Assembly: GCA_965178125.1 (NCBI GenBank)
Contig: OZ237770.1
Coordinates: 248,001 to 312,000 of the forward strand
Direction of reading: 5' to 3'
Origin: Bilabrum cf. latius
Lineage: Eukaryota
Length of the DNA stretch: 64,000 nt
Shown piece after piece: positions 42,769 to 56,186 of this stretch (the first letter of the stretch is position 1; every line of letters starts with the position of its first letter). The notes below the pieces were generated by a model that ran no database searches, had not been told where the DNA came from, and worked only from the letters and a program-made list of their open reading frames with translations. Position numbers and translations under genes: made by a program.

Positions 42769-44961
42769 ATGCGCTCATCGTTATTGCTTGCTGTGGCGAC
42801 CGTTTCGTCACCATGCTTGGCTTTTTACCTTCCCGGCGTGGCTGTGCAAGAGTATGAGCAGGGTGCCATCGTGAGTACTTAACAAGGCACGCCGTGATCA
42901 GCGGGTGTGCCGCGTGGAATTATCTTCTTCGTTAGCCGGTGACCGCCGGTAATGATACCTTAGTTCTTTCTCTCTGGTTTTAGGTGGTCTTCCATGCCTA
43001 ACACCAGCTGTCGGCAACGGTCGCTCGGACGTCATGCCTCTGAGGATGTGTTTGCGCAAATAATCGTAACCAGATAGGTATCAGATGCCCAAGGATGTTG
43101 TTTACCTCGTGTTTGCCATTGCTTGCTTGTATCCCGACACGTGCAGATCCCGCTCAAAGTGGACCGGCTGTCGAGCGCCCACACCCACATCGGGTACGAC
43201 TACTATAAGTATCCCTTCTGCCAGCCAGAGGGCGGTGCAAAGAACGCAGCTGAGAACCTGGGAGAGCACCTGGCGGGCTCCCGTGTGAAGAGCTCTCCCT
43301 ACGTGCTCCAGATGAGGACCAACTCTACGTGTAACGTTCTATGCAAGAAGACGCTCTCCGAGGAGCAGAGAGACGACATGATCAAGCTGATCGACAGAGA
43401 ATACTACGTGCACTGGATCGTGGACAACCTTCCCGCTGCGGGGACGGACCTCACGGTGGACCCCAACGTGAAGCTGTACGCTCAGGGATTTCCCGTGGGC
43501 GAGAGCTTCGTGGACACGGGCGATGCCTTCCTCTTCAACCATCACAGGATGGTCATCTGGTATCATACATCACCCGATTTCGATGGGGCCAGGATCGTGG
43601 GGTTCGACGTGCACCCCATGAGTATCCAGCACCACGAGAAAGAGGGGCAGCCGGGTGTGCTGGCTGGGTGCGATCCGGAGCTCGGGTTCAACCTGCCCGA
43701 CGGGGATTACCCCCGGCTGATGCTGGAGGGCCCCAGCAAGCAAGCAGAGACCCAGGTCACTTTCTCCTACGACGTGCTCTGGAAGTACTCGAGCGTCAAG
43801 TGGGCCAGCCGTTGGGACCTGTATCTGAAATCGAACGTGAAGAGGGACGTGCATTGGTTCCAGATCATCAACTCGCTCGTCATCTCCGTGCTGCTGACGG
43901 GCATGGTGGGCCTCATCCTGGGCCGGGCCTTGCACCGCGACATCGTGGCCTACACCCGTGTTCCCCAGACAGAGGAGGAGAGGCTGGAGCAGAGGGAGGA
44001 GACCGGCTGGAAGCTCGTGGCTAGGGACGTCTTCAGGCCGCCGGCCGCCGCGCCGCTCATGTTCGCCGTGTTCAACGGAACCGGCATCCAGGTCACCGGC
44101 ATGGCGGTTGCAACCGTTTTGTTCTCCGCGGCTGGGTTCGTCAGCCCGGCCATGCGAGGATCTCTCATGATCGCGATGGTGGTGACTTTCATCCTCATGG
44201 GGATCGCAGCTGGGTACACCGCGGCGAGGACACACAAGCTGTTTGACGGTGTCGAGTGGCAGAAGACGACCCTCTACACCGCTCTCCTAGTGCCGGGCAT
44301 CTGCTTCGCGATCCTGATGCTGCTCAACACGATGGTGTGGGCGGCGGGCAGCTCGAACGCCATCCCCTTCTTGAACCTGCTGGCCGTGCTGGCCCTCTGG
44401 TTCCTCATCTCCGTGCCCCTCGTCTTCCTGGGCGCGTACTACGGGTTTGTCCAGGACAAGATCGAGCTGCCCTCCAAACCGGGATCCATGCCGGCGGCCG
44501 TCCCCCCGCAGCCGTGGTACTTGGCTACACCTGTCGTGCTGGGCGTGGGAGGGATGCTTCCGTTCGGGACCGTGTTCATTGAGCTCGTGCTCATCCTCAC
44601 GGCCGTTTGGATGGACCAGTACTACTACGTGTTCGGGTTCTTCCTGGTCGTGTTCGCGCTGTTTTTGATCACGTGCGCTGAGATCGCCATCGTGGTGGTA
44701 TACTTCCAGCTGTGCGCGCAGGACTACCGGTGGTGGTGGAGGAGCTGGGCGGTGCCGGCCACCAGCGGCTTGTATCTGTTCCTGTACAGCTGCGTGTACT
44801 TTATCACGGAGCTGAGCATGTCGGGGTTTGTGCCGGTGTGCCTGTACTTCGGGTACATGCTGATGATCAGCGGGCTGTTCGCGCTGCTTGCGGGCGCGGT
44901 CGGATCCACGGCCACGTTCTGGTTCGTCCGGACGATCTACTTTGCCATCAAGGCGGACTGA
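42769..44961 (+). CDS. TM9SF: Transmembrane 9 superfamily protein (TM9SF2/4, EMP70-like)
   Basis: Signal peptide plus FYLPGV exon 42769-42870; intron 42871-43146; ENLGEHL, WASRWD, VHWFQIINS, EETGWKLV..DVFRPP, YRWWWRS, IYFAIKAD; ends TGA; no TAG. Confidence 0.95.
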
Positions 44962-45654
44962 GCTGAGAGCCTGGACCTGGACCTGGACCTGGGCCTGGGG
45001 TTGGGGTTGGGGAAGATAAGAGAAGGTTAAGGATGTCGGAACCGAAGGTGATTGTGTGGGTGATGCCTGCCTGCTGCTGGGGGCCTAGCCAGAGGGTGAG
45101 ACTAACAGTGGCTGTGGCTGTGAGAAGACGTGCCTGCTGCATTGCATCACAACAAATGAACCATATAATATGATATCGGACACCATGGATCCATTCAAAA
45201 TATGTTGTTAGCCTCAATTGGCTATGCATCGGGCGGGTGTCGGACAATTACGGATCTTCATCTTTCGTTGATGGCATATTGGTTCTTGCTGCGGTCGTGA
45301 ATCAACAATAATCCAGAAAATTGATCATGAATCACGGTCCCTGTCATCAACATACAATTGCAAGATGGTGACTTATAGTGTGGGACGCCTCCGGTCGATT
45401 CTTTGGCTTTTCTTGCTCGCACAGGTCCGTCGCACGGCCATGGTTCCTGTTTTCATGCTCCGGCAGCTCGTCGGCAGTGTGGTCGCATCGGCAATTGAGC
45501 CAGCACCAGCGAATCGGTTTGAGAAAAACACGGCATTCCAGGCATACGGTTAGCTTCGCGTTTGCATCGGAACGCGGTTGCCGAAATTATTATATTCAAA
45601 TATTGCCGCTAGATATAAACTGGTCGAAGCCACAGCTTATTTGCGAAGGCCTAG

Positions 45655-46065
45655 ATGGCAGGCATCCAAGGAAGCCAGCAAATGCAAGCCTCGAATGGCT
45701 CGGAAACATCTGGCCCGATCCAGACCCACGCGACAATTGATGTGCAGGCGGCAGAGTGGCATGACGCTCTGGATCTTTCGGCGGAGTTGGACAAAAGGCT
45801 GAAACGGGCTGAGGAGCGCGGTGATTCTCCAGACATTTCAGAGCTGCAGTCTGTCTCCAGGCGGATACGAGAGGCTGCTCGAGCGGTAAGAGGATTGCAA
45901 AACGCTGTAGATGGCATTTTGTTCGGGGATGCTAGCTCTAGAGGCCCTACAAGCGCGCCTTCTGCTGCCGAACGGCGGACTGTCGGCAATGCCGCAGTCG
46001 GTGCGAAATCTACACAGAATGTTGGATCTGCATCCGCAGCCGAAACTGGTGGAAAATAGAGCTGA
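45655..46065 (+). CDS. Orphan family protein, copy 5 (short or truncated)
   Basis: IDVQAAEWHDALDLS...VSRRIREAARAVRGLQNAV matches the family N-domain; TAG 46057 then TGA 46063-46065; may continue by splicing. Confidence 0.55.
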
Positions 46066-47737
46066 AACGGTATGGTCTTGTGAGGTGAGCTGTAGCAGCA
46101 CAGATTGGGCTTCTTAGGGCAGCGGCGCTCACTTCACCCGTTCAGGGTCCGTTCCGGGCATTCGCAAGGGCCGATGGCTGTTCGTACTTAATGCGGCATT
46201 TACGTTCGCGCTAGAAGTCGCGACAAGCATCAGCATTGTGTGCTTGGCGCCGCAGCAATGCTATATGCACGAGCATTGCGTGCAAGAGGTTGGGAGGGCC
46301 AAGGCAGATGTCTGGGGGGGTTTCAGTCGCAACGCAGCGGGCAGCTGAGGCTTCGTTTTTTACGTTTCACCTTGGCAGATGTTGCTGTCAAATCATGGGG
46401 TTTGCGGGTGATTCTCGGCATTCTGGGACGCATCTCGATGCTCTTCGTCTCACCGCCGAGCCCAAGCCAGGTTAGGCCTAGAGCCGACCTCGGCCCCTCC
46501 GAAGTCGGCCGGAATGGGTGGTACATGGAGTCTGGCGCGGATGCGATCGATGGATATTCTTGCGAGGATGTTGGTGAAAGAACTAGCGACACTCTTGCAA
46601 CTGATGCACCCATTTGCGTTAGATGAGAGCGGTATCCACAGTACACAATAGATCGACAAAGAAAAGGCGTGGCGCGGCAAGTCTGGCAGCAGATCAGGAT
46701 CGCCGAGGAGAAACGTAGCGGGGGGCTCAGCACGTCAGTCGTTGGGGTGCTGCAGTCATGAATTATGTGTTGTCAGCAAGGACCGGAGCTGGCAGCACGT
46801 TGCAGCGCCATGCCATGGTGGTCACACCGAGTTTGAACCTAGACTACAGATCACATGTGTTGCTGCAACCCCACCCATTGGCTCATCTTCAAAAGAAAAA
46901 TGGCTGACCCCCGTCCCGCAGACCCACTGGGCTGCCCTCCGGACGACTGTTTCTCCAATAGCCGTCAATGAATAGCGATCCAAGGATAGCGTACCCGTAC
47001 TATGGTAAGCCCGCGGACCTTCTCCCATTTTGTAATCTCAACTCGAACGCGAACTCTATCGCCACACTAAATCCGCAACGAATGCCTGGGACTGCCAACC
47101 AGGCTTCTCGCCTCAGCTACAATCCACGGATGGCTTGTATTCATACTGCCTATCATCCTGAGCTACACCCTGAGGACCCATGTCCCCCTGGTGAGCGTCA
47201 GCATTCACGTTCACGTTCTCTTCCAGCGCCCCCTGCCGGCAGCCCGTCAAGGATCCTTGGGCGACAGCAATGGCGAGGTTGCTGTTTTCGGCTGCCCGTA
47301 AAGCTAGGCTAGCAGAGTCGTCCCGAACCGCCATCACGAGCGCCCGTTTGGCCTGTCGCTGCAGCCCTCCTCGAAGCCTGCTTCGAGTCAAAGTCAAGGA
47401 TCCGCTGATGCAAGGTGGCGACCGAAAGGCGAGCCTCAACTACGAAAGACCACCAGAGGCGCGCAATGCCCGGATGAATCGAAACTCGCCGCCCCTTGTC
47501 CTTCTACCTCTTCTTTCGATACTTGTCGAGCACCTACAGGAACTTGACAGACTTATCGGTCACCGGCAGCCATTAAGTAAGGTGCGAAAGTCGGAACCAA
47601 AATACAGTTCTCGGTGGGATGCTGCATGTCCAATGCAACAATTTCATCTTGCACGCCTCGAACAGCGCAAGCGAGAGGGTCACTATCAGTGTTCTTTTCG
47701 ATATATTCCGTAACTGTCTGGCGTACGCTCTGCGACC

Positions 47738-50700
47738 ATGTCAGATCCTGGCAGCTTGATTGCGGGCCTGCTGTTGATGGAAGCTGCTGCGCGTGCTGGT
47801 GGGTGAGTCATGCCATGGCAATGAGCGCGTGCTTCTTGCATGCACTTTCAACTGTTAACGCACTCTACCATTATGTATGAGCTGGCAGCTCGAGCTGCAT
47901 CGGCGCCCGAAAGACGATGCAAATGATGTCTCTAATTCTCGTTCCCAACGATCGTTTTAACTGCATGTTGGCAAGCTGATGCATGCATTCCAACTGACTC
48001 AATAGATTAAATGCATTGTCACAGATCAATTGGGGATCGCCTCGTGCATGCCGCCGCTAATGGCCGCTCAGATGCAGTCGACTAGATCTTGCGAACACCG
48101 GAGGGCAGGAGAGCACTTCATGTGCGGACTACGGTGAGATCCTCAATATTCTCTGAATCTTTTCACAGACTTTGTTCTATAGTATACTTTCAAGGTCGCG
48201 CTCGTTTTGAAAATGTCGCAGTAGGGGTACACGCCGCTGATCCTTGCTGCTGGTCGTGGACATGCTCGCATTTGCCGTAGAATGCTGGAATGCGGAGCCG
48301 ACAAGAACGACACAGACAAAGTGAGGGTATTTGGTGTGGATATAGTTTGCTAGCCTGTTACCGGCAAGCGTTGTTTTCGTGTTGCCAGGGAGCTGGCATG
48401 CTCGAGGATCCACCACGCAATCGTGCATGAGGGGCTTGCACCTTTAAGGCTGAGGTCGCGACTCGCGAGCGCTCATTATAGCACAACCGCTTACCGCACC
48501 ACTTGGAACTGTCACCCCGCCTGCAGAAGGGTAACTCGGCCCTTCAAATCGCTGCGGACGGAGGTCACGATGCCGTGTGTAGACTGCTGCTGGACGCCGG
48601 TGCTAACAAGAACACGGCCGCATCGGTGAGATACTCTCTCAGGGGCTATGATCCCAACAATCACTGCATATTGAAGTGCAAGTCGATTATATTTCATTGC
48701 GACCATTCTCCTTACCAGTCCCACCAGAAGGATTTGCTGGCTGCTTACCCACACGATTCTATCAATCCTCACAGACTAGGCGCACCCCGCTGCACCATGC
48801 CGCCTATAACGGACACAGCACGGTCGTGCAGATGCTGCTGGACGCAGGAGCAGACAAGACAGTTACTGACGTGGTGAGAGGCACACATTTACGTTGGCAA
48901 GAGCCCAACCTCGAGCGATGTCCGCACGCTGTCGCTTGGCGCACCACAGGCGTCCTGCCCCGACTCATTTCGCCCCCTGGTCACACCAACCGCAAGCCCT
49001 CGTGCCTCACTCGTCACATCGTGCAGTCTGGTGACACACCCGAAGACGACGCCCGCAAGCGGGGCCACTACACCCTTGCAAGGCTCATCCGGAACCACGA
49101 GGGAGCTGCTGGGGGAGGCGCAGAGTAGAGGAAGGCTCTGGAGCAGAGGGTGGCCCAGCTGGAGCGGGCGCTCCGGGAGAAGAACGATGCGCTGAGCCGG
49201 TCATAGGCGAAGCTGCAAGCCAAGACGGACGAGGTTGGCGAGCTGAAGGCTTCTGTGGCCGGCGCAGATAGCGCCAGGAAGAAACTTGCCGAAGTTGAGG
49301 CGGAGTTGCAGCGCAAGTCCAGCGCACTGGATTACTGCTAGCTGGATCTTAAGGAGGCTACGGCCCGTTGCAAGGAGCAACAAACTAGCGCGGCATCCGC
49401 TGCCAACGCAGAGTAGCGCAAGCAGATCGAAACCCTCCGGGACTAGCTGCAGGAGGCAAAAGAGAAGTCGAGCGAGCTGCGCACGGAGCTGCAGTACGCA
49501 AGCGAGGCCAAATTTGAAGCCAAAGCTGCCGTCCATACCCTCAGAAGCAGAACCGATCAGGCCTAGAAAGATATAGAGAGGCACGAGCGCGAGATGCAGA
49601 CCCTAAACGATTCCATTCGGAAGAAGGATACTCAGCTGGAGCAACTCAACGCTGCCAACAGCAAGCTAACAGCCGAAGCAAGACAAGCTTAGGCTAGCTT
49701 GGATCAAGTGAATCGACAGGTGGCTGATATGGCCACCCAGCTGCAGTAGGACCAGGCCGTGATGGGCGATCTCGGTGAGAGGGCGCGCCAGCTGCAGCAG
49801 TCTCTCGAAGCCAAGTCGCAGGGGGCGACCGAGCTGCAGGGCAGGCTGGATACAACGGAGCAGCAGAAGCAGCAGTTGGAGGCCGATCTACAGGCGATGA
49901 GTGATGACGCGGCCCAGGCCCGCATCGAGCTCTAGGCAGAGAGGACCGCCCGCGGGCAGCATGAGCAGGCCCACCGAGCCGCGACTGACGAGCTGGCGAG
50001 CAAGATCAGCGAGCAGGATGAGCTGATCCGATCCCTCAGGGAACAAATCGCTGAATCCAGGGAACAAGCGGCGAGCAGCCGCAGGAGGACTCCGATCCAG
50101 TCTGCCTTTGCGATGCTGGCGCAGGACGTAGAGTGCGGGATGCTGCCCCTGCCAGAGGGCATGGATGCGGCGTGCACCGACGCGGGTACCATCGCCGCCG
50201 CACTGAGGGGTAGGCTAGGTGGTGACCCGGCCTCCATGGAGCGGGCTGCCGTAACGGCTTTGCGAGCCTCAGTGGGCCGTTGCCGCGCGGCTCTAGAGGA
50301 CAGGGAGCTGGGACCCGCGCCCGGAGGGGACTGGCTGGAGGGCAGTGCGGGGGCGCTTGAATACGCGCCTGACGGTGGCGGGCGCATCGACGTCGCCAGC
50401 GTGGGTGCACCTCACGAGATCGAGACGGGGCTGCTGGGCGGGCGCGCTCGCGTCGTCGAGGTGGGCCATGCAAAGCGACGGCCTGGGGATGCTGTGGCGT
50501 TCCGATCGCCTAAGCTGCCAGACGAAGAGAGCCTAGACATGATCGAGAGAGGCAGGATCCCACCGTTGAACCTGCCCGAGGGAAAGGCAGGTGCCGTGCA
50601 AGGAGTCAATGGCTTCGTATTCGCGGTGGAGATGGACAAAGGCGCGCAATCGGAAGACCAAGAGGACGAGTCTCATCAGACTGTTGCACTTGCTGTCAAA

Positions 50701-52248
50701 GGCCTGCTTCCATTAGCCGCCGGGAACTCATACCAGTCCTCTCGGATCGTTGGACTGCATCGTGAAGAGTGGAGGGTGCCACAGGTGCTGGGCGGGCACA
50801 GGAACATCGTGCCCGTGCGGCACTCGTTCTTCGGGTCGTCCTCTCTGATTGTTCCCTGGATCGGGCGCGCGTTCCTAGAGGAAGCAAACGCAGTCAGGCG
50901 CACCACCTGGCTGGTGATGCCTCGGTACTCTACAAGTCTAGAGACTGCCACCAAGGCGAGGCCGTGCACGGGGCCCAGGGAGGCGGCGCTGTGGCTGCTG
51001 TAGGCGCTTGAAGCGACCCAGCACATGATCTCGAGGGGGGCTGTGCACCGTGATATCAAGGCGGACAACTTCTTCCTGGCCGGGGATGGTCGGCTTGTGC
51101 TGGGCGATTTCGGGTGCGGTTGCCTCCTGTTCCACGGAGGCAGGGCAGCTGAGCTGGAGCGGGCCTTTCGAGGGCGGCAGGAGGAACAAGCGAGGGACCA
51201 CGCTGCGGGGGGGGGACATGCGATGGGGGGTAGTGGCGGGGGTGCGTCCTCCAGGGGGTCCGCAGGGGAAATGCCCGGGGGTGTTGGGGTCAGTGGGGAG
51301 TCCACATGCGCAGCAGGAGGAGCAGGGCAGCCAGAAGAAGAGGAAGAGGAGGAGGATTTCGGAGAGGAAGAGGAGGAGGAAGATGGTGCGCAGGAGGAGG
51401 AGGCGTTCATGGGCGCGGGTACCGGCTCCGTTGCCGTCCAGTACAATATTACCGCGCTGGGGACCCATGGTGCACCCGACACCAAGGCCCCTGAGCTGAT
51501 CGCCATGGGCAGGGCGGTGAGGCCACTGACTAAGGACTCGAAGGGGCAGCCACTCAGGACGCTTGCCCAGGCCTACGAGATGTCCGATGCGTGGGCCGCG
51601 GCCAAGACCGTGTGGGGGCTGCTGGCCGAGCAGTGTGACGAGTCCGCGATCCTGCCCAGCAACTCGACCATGTACCGTGCCAGCGCGCTGCCCCGGCTTC
51701 CAGATGACGTTGGCCCGCTGCAGTCGATCCTGAGAGGGCTGCTGGTGTCGTTGCCCAGCAAGCGGCTGAGGCCAGGGGAAGCGATTCGGGCGCTGAGGGC
51801 TCTGCTTTACGGACCCGGGAGCTGGGAGCAGGTGCAGGGGGCTGCGGAGCGGGCGGGAGCAGATGGGAGCGGGGGTCCCGCCTCGGGTGCGGGTGTGACG
51901 AGTGATGGAGGAGGAAGGGAGGACCCTGTGGTGGTATTTATCCGAAGCCAGATGTCCGAGTGCGCGGCAGCGGATGGGAGCCGGAGGGGCGGCCGGGGGC
52001 AGCCCGGCTCTGGCTTGAGCTGGGGGCTTGCTGGGCCTGCTCCTGGTGTTCGTCTGCCAGCGGGTGAGGGGGCGTATGAGGAGTACGGGTGGGGAGCGTG
52101 CAGGACTGTGGAAGGCGAGGCCAGCATGTGGGACAGGCAGGTGAGAAGGGAGGTGCTGCTGCGGGGGGACGGCGCGGATGGGGCTGCGAGGGCGATGCGG
52201 GAGGACTGCGCGGCGCTTGTGGCGGCTGTGGGGGCGCACAGCGGGTGA
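47738..52248 (+). CDS. Ankyrin repeats + long coiled coil + PINK1-like Ser/Thr kinase
   Basis: Exons 47738-47802, 48025-48133, 48222-48320, 48527-48625, 48775-48873, 49027-52248; ankyrin motifs GYTPLILAA, GNSALQIAA, RTPLHHAA; kinase LAVK, HRNIV, LVMPRY, LL[TAG]ALEA, HRDIKADN, DFGC, APE, SDAWA; 10 TAGs and no TAA/TGA in the last exon before TGA 52246. Confidence 0.85.
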
Positions 52249-52592
52249 TGGGGCTGAACAATGCATGTAGTTGCCATACTGTATTATGTTTGGATCGCTT
52301 CAATTTGATTATTGCGCTTTTGGGAGGCGATTATCATTGCGCTGAAGGGATCCCCGTATTTTGGATCTGGATCCACAGGTGGAAATGCTCTTCCGGCTTG
52401 GCCCATCTATCACATCTCGCGCCCGGGACGCAGCACGTTGCGCTCTAGAAACGACGTATCAATAAGCGCATCTTGAACTATAGCGTCAACAATTGGGTGT
52501 ATTAGATACATTGACACTGATCACCGGGCTAAAGTCGTTGTAGTATCCTAGCTATCCCGTCATTCGTGCACAAGTCACTGAGTGTCCAGGTT

Positions 52593-55500
52593 CCGTCAGG
52601 GGGCTCATTACCGGAATCCCGAGCGAGCAGGCAGCATAAACGGACTAGATTTCTTGGCCAAATTACAGTTCCAATTTACTGCCACCGCCAGTGCTAGTCA
52701 TGATTACACAGACTTAGTAGGTCTTAAATTCATCTGGGAAGGTCAAAACTTAGAAAAGCGCGCTAAAGAAGGTCGTGGAGGCTGCGAATTTGTTGATCGA
52801 GGGGATTGAAGCATTTGAGGTGACGGAAAAATGGTATCAGAACATGATTCTGTCCCCAGAAAGAGCTTTCATGTTCAATAGAATACTTGAAATTTCCGAT
52901 GATGGCAAGCGGATGAAGATTCCAGAGGCATGTGCGAGTGTATCGTTCTCGAAGGTGGACGACAGTGGCCAACGGGTTGAAAGGAAGGTCGATCCGAAGC
53001 GATGGTACCACTGGCGCACGTGTCTTTAGAATGGCACGCCGATATAGGCAAAAAGAGGACAGCCTCCTTTTTTGTCTCATTGGGTGCAACATATCGTGGC
53101 CACCATGTTCCGGCAGCTGGCTGAGATGGGGTCCGGTGTCTCGGTCCCTCGGGGACGCGGCCTCCTTGGAGCAATGGCCACACGAGCAGGTCTGAAGCCG
53201 AAAGATTGGATGCCTGGCTACAAGTCGTATCGTACCTTCTTAACAAACTTTGGCCTATCAGCAAAGAAGGACGAAGACAAGGAGTGCAGCAGAAAACAGG
53301 CAGAGGCGGCGCACTTGCAGTAGGACTTCATGGTGTAGCTAGCAAAAGAATTCGGCTACAAGATTGACAAGAAGACCGGGAAGGTCAAACTTGGCAAGAA
53401 GCGGATCGATCCCCGCTTTATTTTCAACGCAGACGAAACGATGCTGCAGTTGTACCGCTGTGCGTCCAGAATCATATCTGGCAAGGACATGGCAAGAGTG
53501 AACGGCAACCGGCCAGACTGGAACAAGAAAACCGCAACCTTTCTACCTATCATCAGCGCAGCAGGTCAACTAGCTGTATGTATGCTTATTTTCTAGGCTG
53601 GGGGGGAAGTCACGAAGAAAGAGAAGGCAGCAGCGGCTGCAGCCGGCGTCAAGGCCGAGGAGAAGAGGAAGGCGGCGGTGAAGCAGACGAGCTAGCTCGA
53701 GGCTCAGTTTGAGGCGGTGAAGTCCAAGTACGCGAAGTCAGGGCATCGTGCTAGAGTTTCCGTGTCAACGAAGGCTTCCAGCGCTTCCGCGGGCTCGAGT
53801 TCATCATCAGCTGCGGCAGCGGCACGCCCCTCCCAAGCGGCCTCCAGCTCTTCCTCATCCACTGCAGCAGCAGTGGCCACTCTTCTAACGAAGTACCAAG
53901 GATTGATGGACGCTGCCACTTCCATAGGTGGAGTTCCAGCACGGGAGACCGAAGCAAGTTTGGCCGCCCTGCAAAGTGCTCTGAGAGGCCGTCAAGAAGC
54001 TGCTATCAATGTCTCGCGGCTAGAGAGGGTGGTTCGCAGGGACCAGCGGGCGCGCCGGCAGTAGGCAAGAACCCCCTCCAAAAAGGAGCTTGCAGCTGTA
54101 GAAGAGCACAAAAAAGTCTTGAAGGCGGCCCGGTAGGCTCTTCGGGAGGCGGAGGAAATGGAAATGGCTGAGATCGCTCGGCATCGATTGTACTCGGGGA
54201 CTCGGAATGCGACCACCTCCCAACTTCGAGTAGTTGGACTACACGGCCGGAGGGCGTCGCCTATCAACTGTATTTACGGAGCGTCCCCATCTGGATGGTC
54301 CAATGGATTCACGTGGAACTGTCTGCTGGAGCATTTTGGCCAATGGCTCCAATAGTACCGCAAGCAATGCAAGGTTGGGCCTCGGGAACCAGCCTACCTG
54401 TTCGTGGATGGTCATGACACGCACTTTAACGCCCAAGGCAAACGAGTGGCAGAGAAGTACGGCATCAAGCTGATGAGACTGCCCCCCAACTTGTCACATA
54501 TTGTTCAGCCTTTGGACGTCGCCGTTTTCGCCCCGTTCAAGCAAGCCGTCAAGCGAGCGATGCAGTGGCTAGAGGAGCAGCAGTCAAGCCATGCGAGATC
54601 GAAGGCGTACGCCGCCATGCAGGACGATAGCGACAGTGAGGATGAGGATGAGGACGCTGTGGAAGTGCACATGCCTGTCGAAGACGTACGTAGGCTCAAC
54701 ATTCGGAAGATCTACGAGCTCGTGGATGGGGTGGAGGAGAAGGAGCGCGCCATCAGTGACGAGTGGATCCCCCTGATCGTCAAGCTGTCAGTGGACGCTG
54801 CGATGACGGAGAGCAACATCAAGGCGGGCTTCCGGAAGTCGGGTATATACCCTTTGTGCCCAGAGTAGGCAATGACCTGGGTTCCCATGGAGGTGGAGGG
54901 CAAACCAGGCGCGGGGGCACCTGCTCCAGCCCCTACGGACGACGCTGCGAGCAAGCCTCTACTGCAACGGGTGAGCGACATGGCCGGCGCCATTACGTCG
55001 AGCTATGACGTAGCAATGGAGGCAGACGTAGTGACGGGGTGTGTTACCAGTAAATCATCAGTGGGGTCCCCTGTTGCGACCCGGACACGTAGCACGCCAA
55101 GGGGGAGCTCCCGGGCACCAACGCTCGGCGACATGGGCGCTAAGCTCGGCGAATCAGGTGCTATCGGTAGGGCAGCTGGTGTTGAAGAGAGTCTACGTTC
55201 AACCATGAACGGAGCTTTCTTAAAGAGACACTTGCGGCTGGGTGGGGACCTGCACATCGCGATGGATGGCATCAGCCTCGTAGCGGCGGAAGGCGCCCGG
55301 CAGCTGTCGAATAGTCGCAGTACTCGGACTGCCATGGCGGAGGGGAAAGCTTATAAGCTTCTTGATGAAGCTGAGACTGTACATGACCAGCGAAAGGAGG
55401 TCAGGGCGAAAGCACAGGCCAAGGTCTCGAAGAAGCAGAGTCTGCTGGACAAAATCAAGAAGCTGCAGGCCGAAAAACGGAGCGAAGTGCAGGAAAAGAA

Positions 55501-56186
55501 TGCCCTCAAGCTGAAACTGAGGGAATAGAGCAAGTTGCTGGCGAATTAGCGGGCTCTGCTGGCAGATGAACGCAGGAAACGCCGTGCAGCTGAGAAGCAG
55601 CTTGCTCGAGTGCAGCAGCACGAGCAGCAGAACCTGCCTAGCCACGGCCCAGCCGCCCCCGGATCCAAGCGGATGAGGCAAGCAGACGCTAATACGGACT
55701 CATATGAAGTCGATGACACCCGCAAAAGTGCGAAAATCCCTGCAGGAGCTCGCAGCGGGGGTCTCAAGAGGGTGTCTCGCCCGTCCAAGCGCGCTCGCCA
55801 AGGTGTTTAACCCTGTGTCGCTGATATTGAAATTTGCTACTCCGCTAAACATTAGAATATACCATGATAATCTAGCAGATAAAAAATCGCTAAGGAAGGC
55901 TCAAAATTCACAGCGTGTGTGGGGACGAAAGCTAGTCCTCTTATGCGGCCTGCCGGGCGAAATTTCGTGGAATCCGTGCTCGGTGGCCGACGGCTGGAAC
56001 TGCACCCGCTATATCTTCGTCAATATTGTCTTCTCAGGCCTAATATTTCACCACAGGCATATTATTGAAGTATATATTACATAACAATCAAAAATTAGCT
56101 CTGTTATGATTACTAAAGGTTTGAACGCGGCCCCCGAAAATAGGCCCAATCGGCGATTTTTATTCCGGTAATGAGCCCCCTGACGG
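52593..56186 (+). mobile_element. pogo/Fot1-like DNA transposon, apparently full length
   Basis: Perfect 25-bp TIRs CCGTCAGGGGGCTCATTACCGGAAT at 52593-52617 and 56162-56186; flanked by TT on both sides; encloses one transposase ORF. Confidence 0.92.
52700..55810 (+). CDS. DDE_1-family (DD35D) transposase, ~1036 aa under TAG=Gln
   Basis: IFNADET, SPSGWSNG, LFVDGHDTH, LPPNLSHIVQPLDVAVFAPFK, NIKAGFRKSGIYP; single frame from ATG 52700 with 15 TAGs; ends TAA. Confidence 0.88.

Noticed and set aside
46700-47713. Short ORFs upstream of the ankyrin-kinase gene
   Set aside because: No recognisable motif or consistent exon chain under either code.
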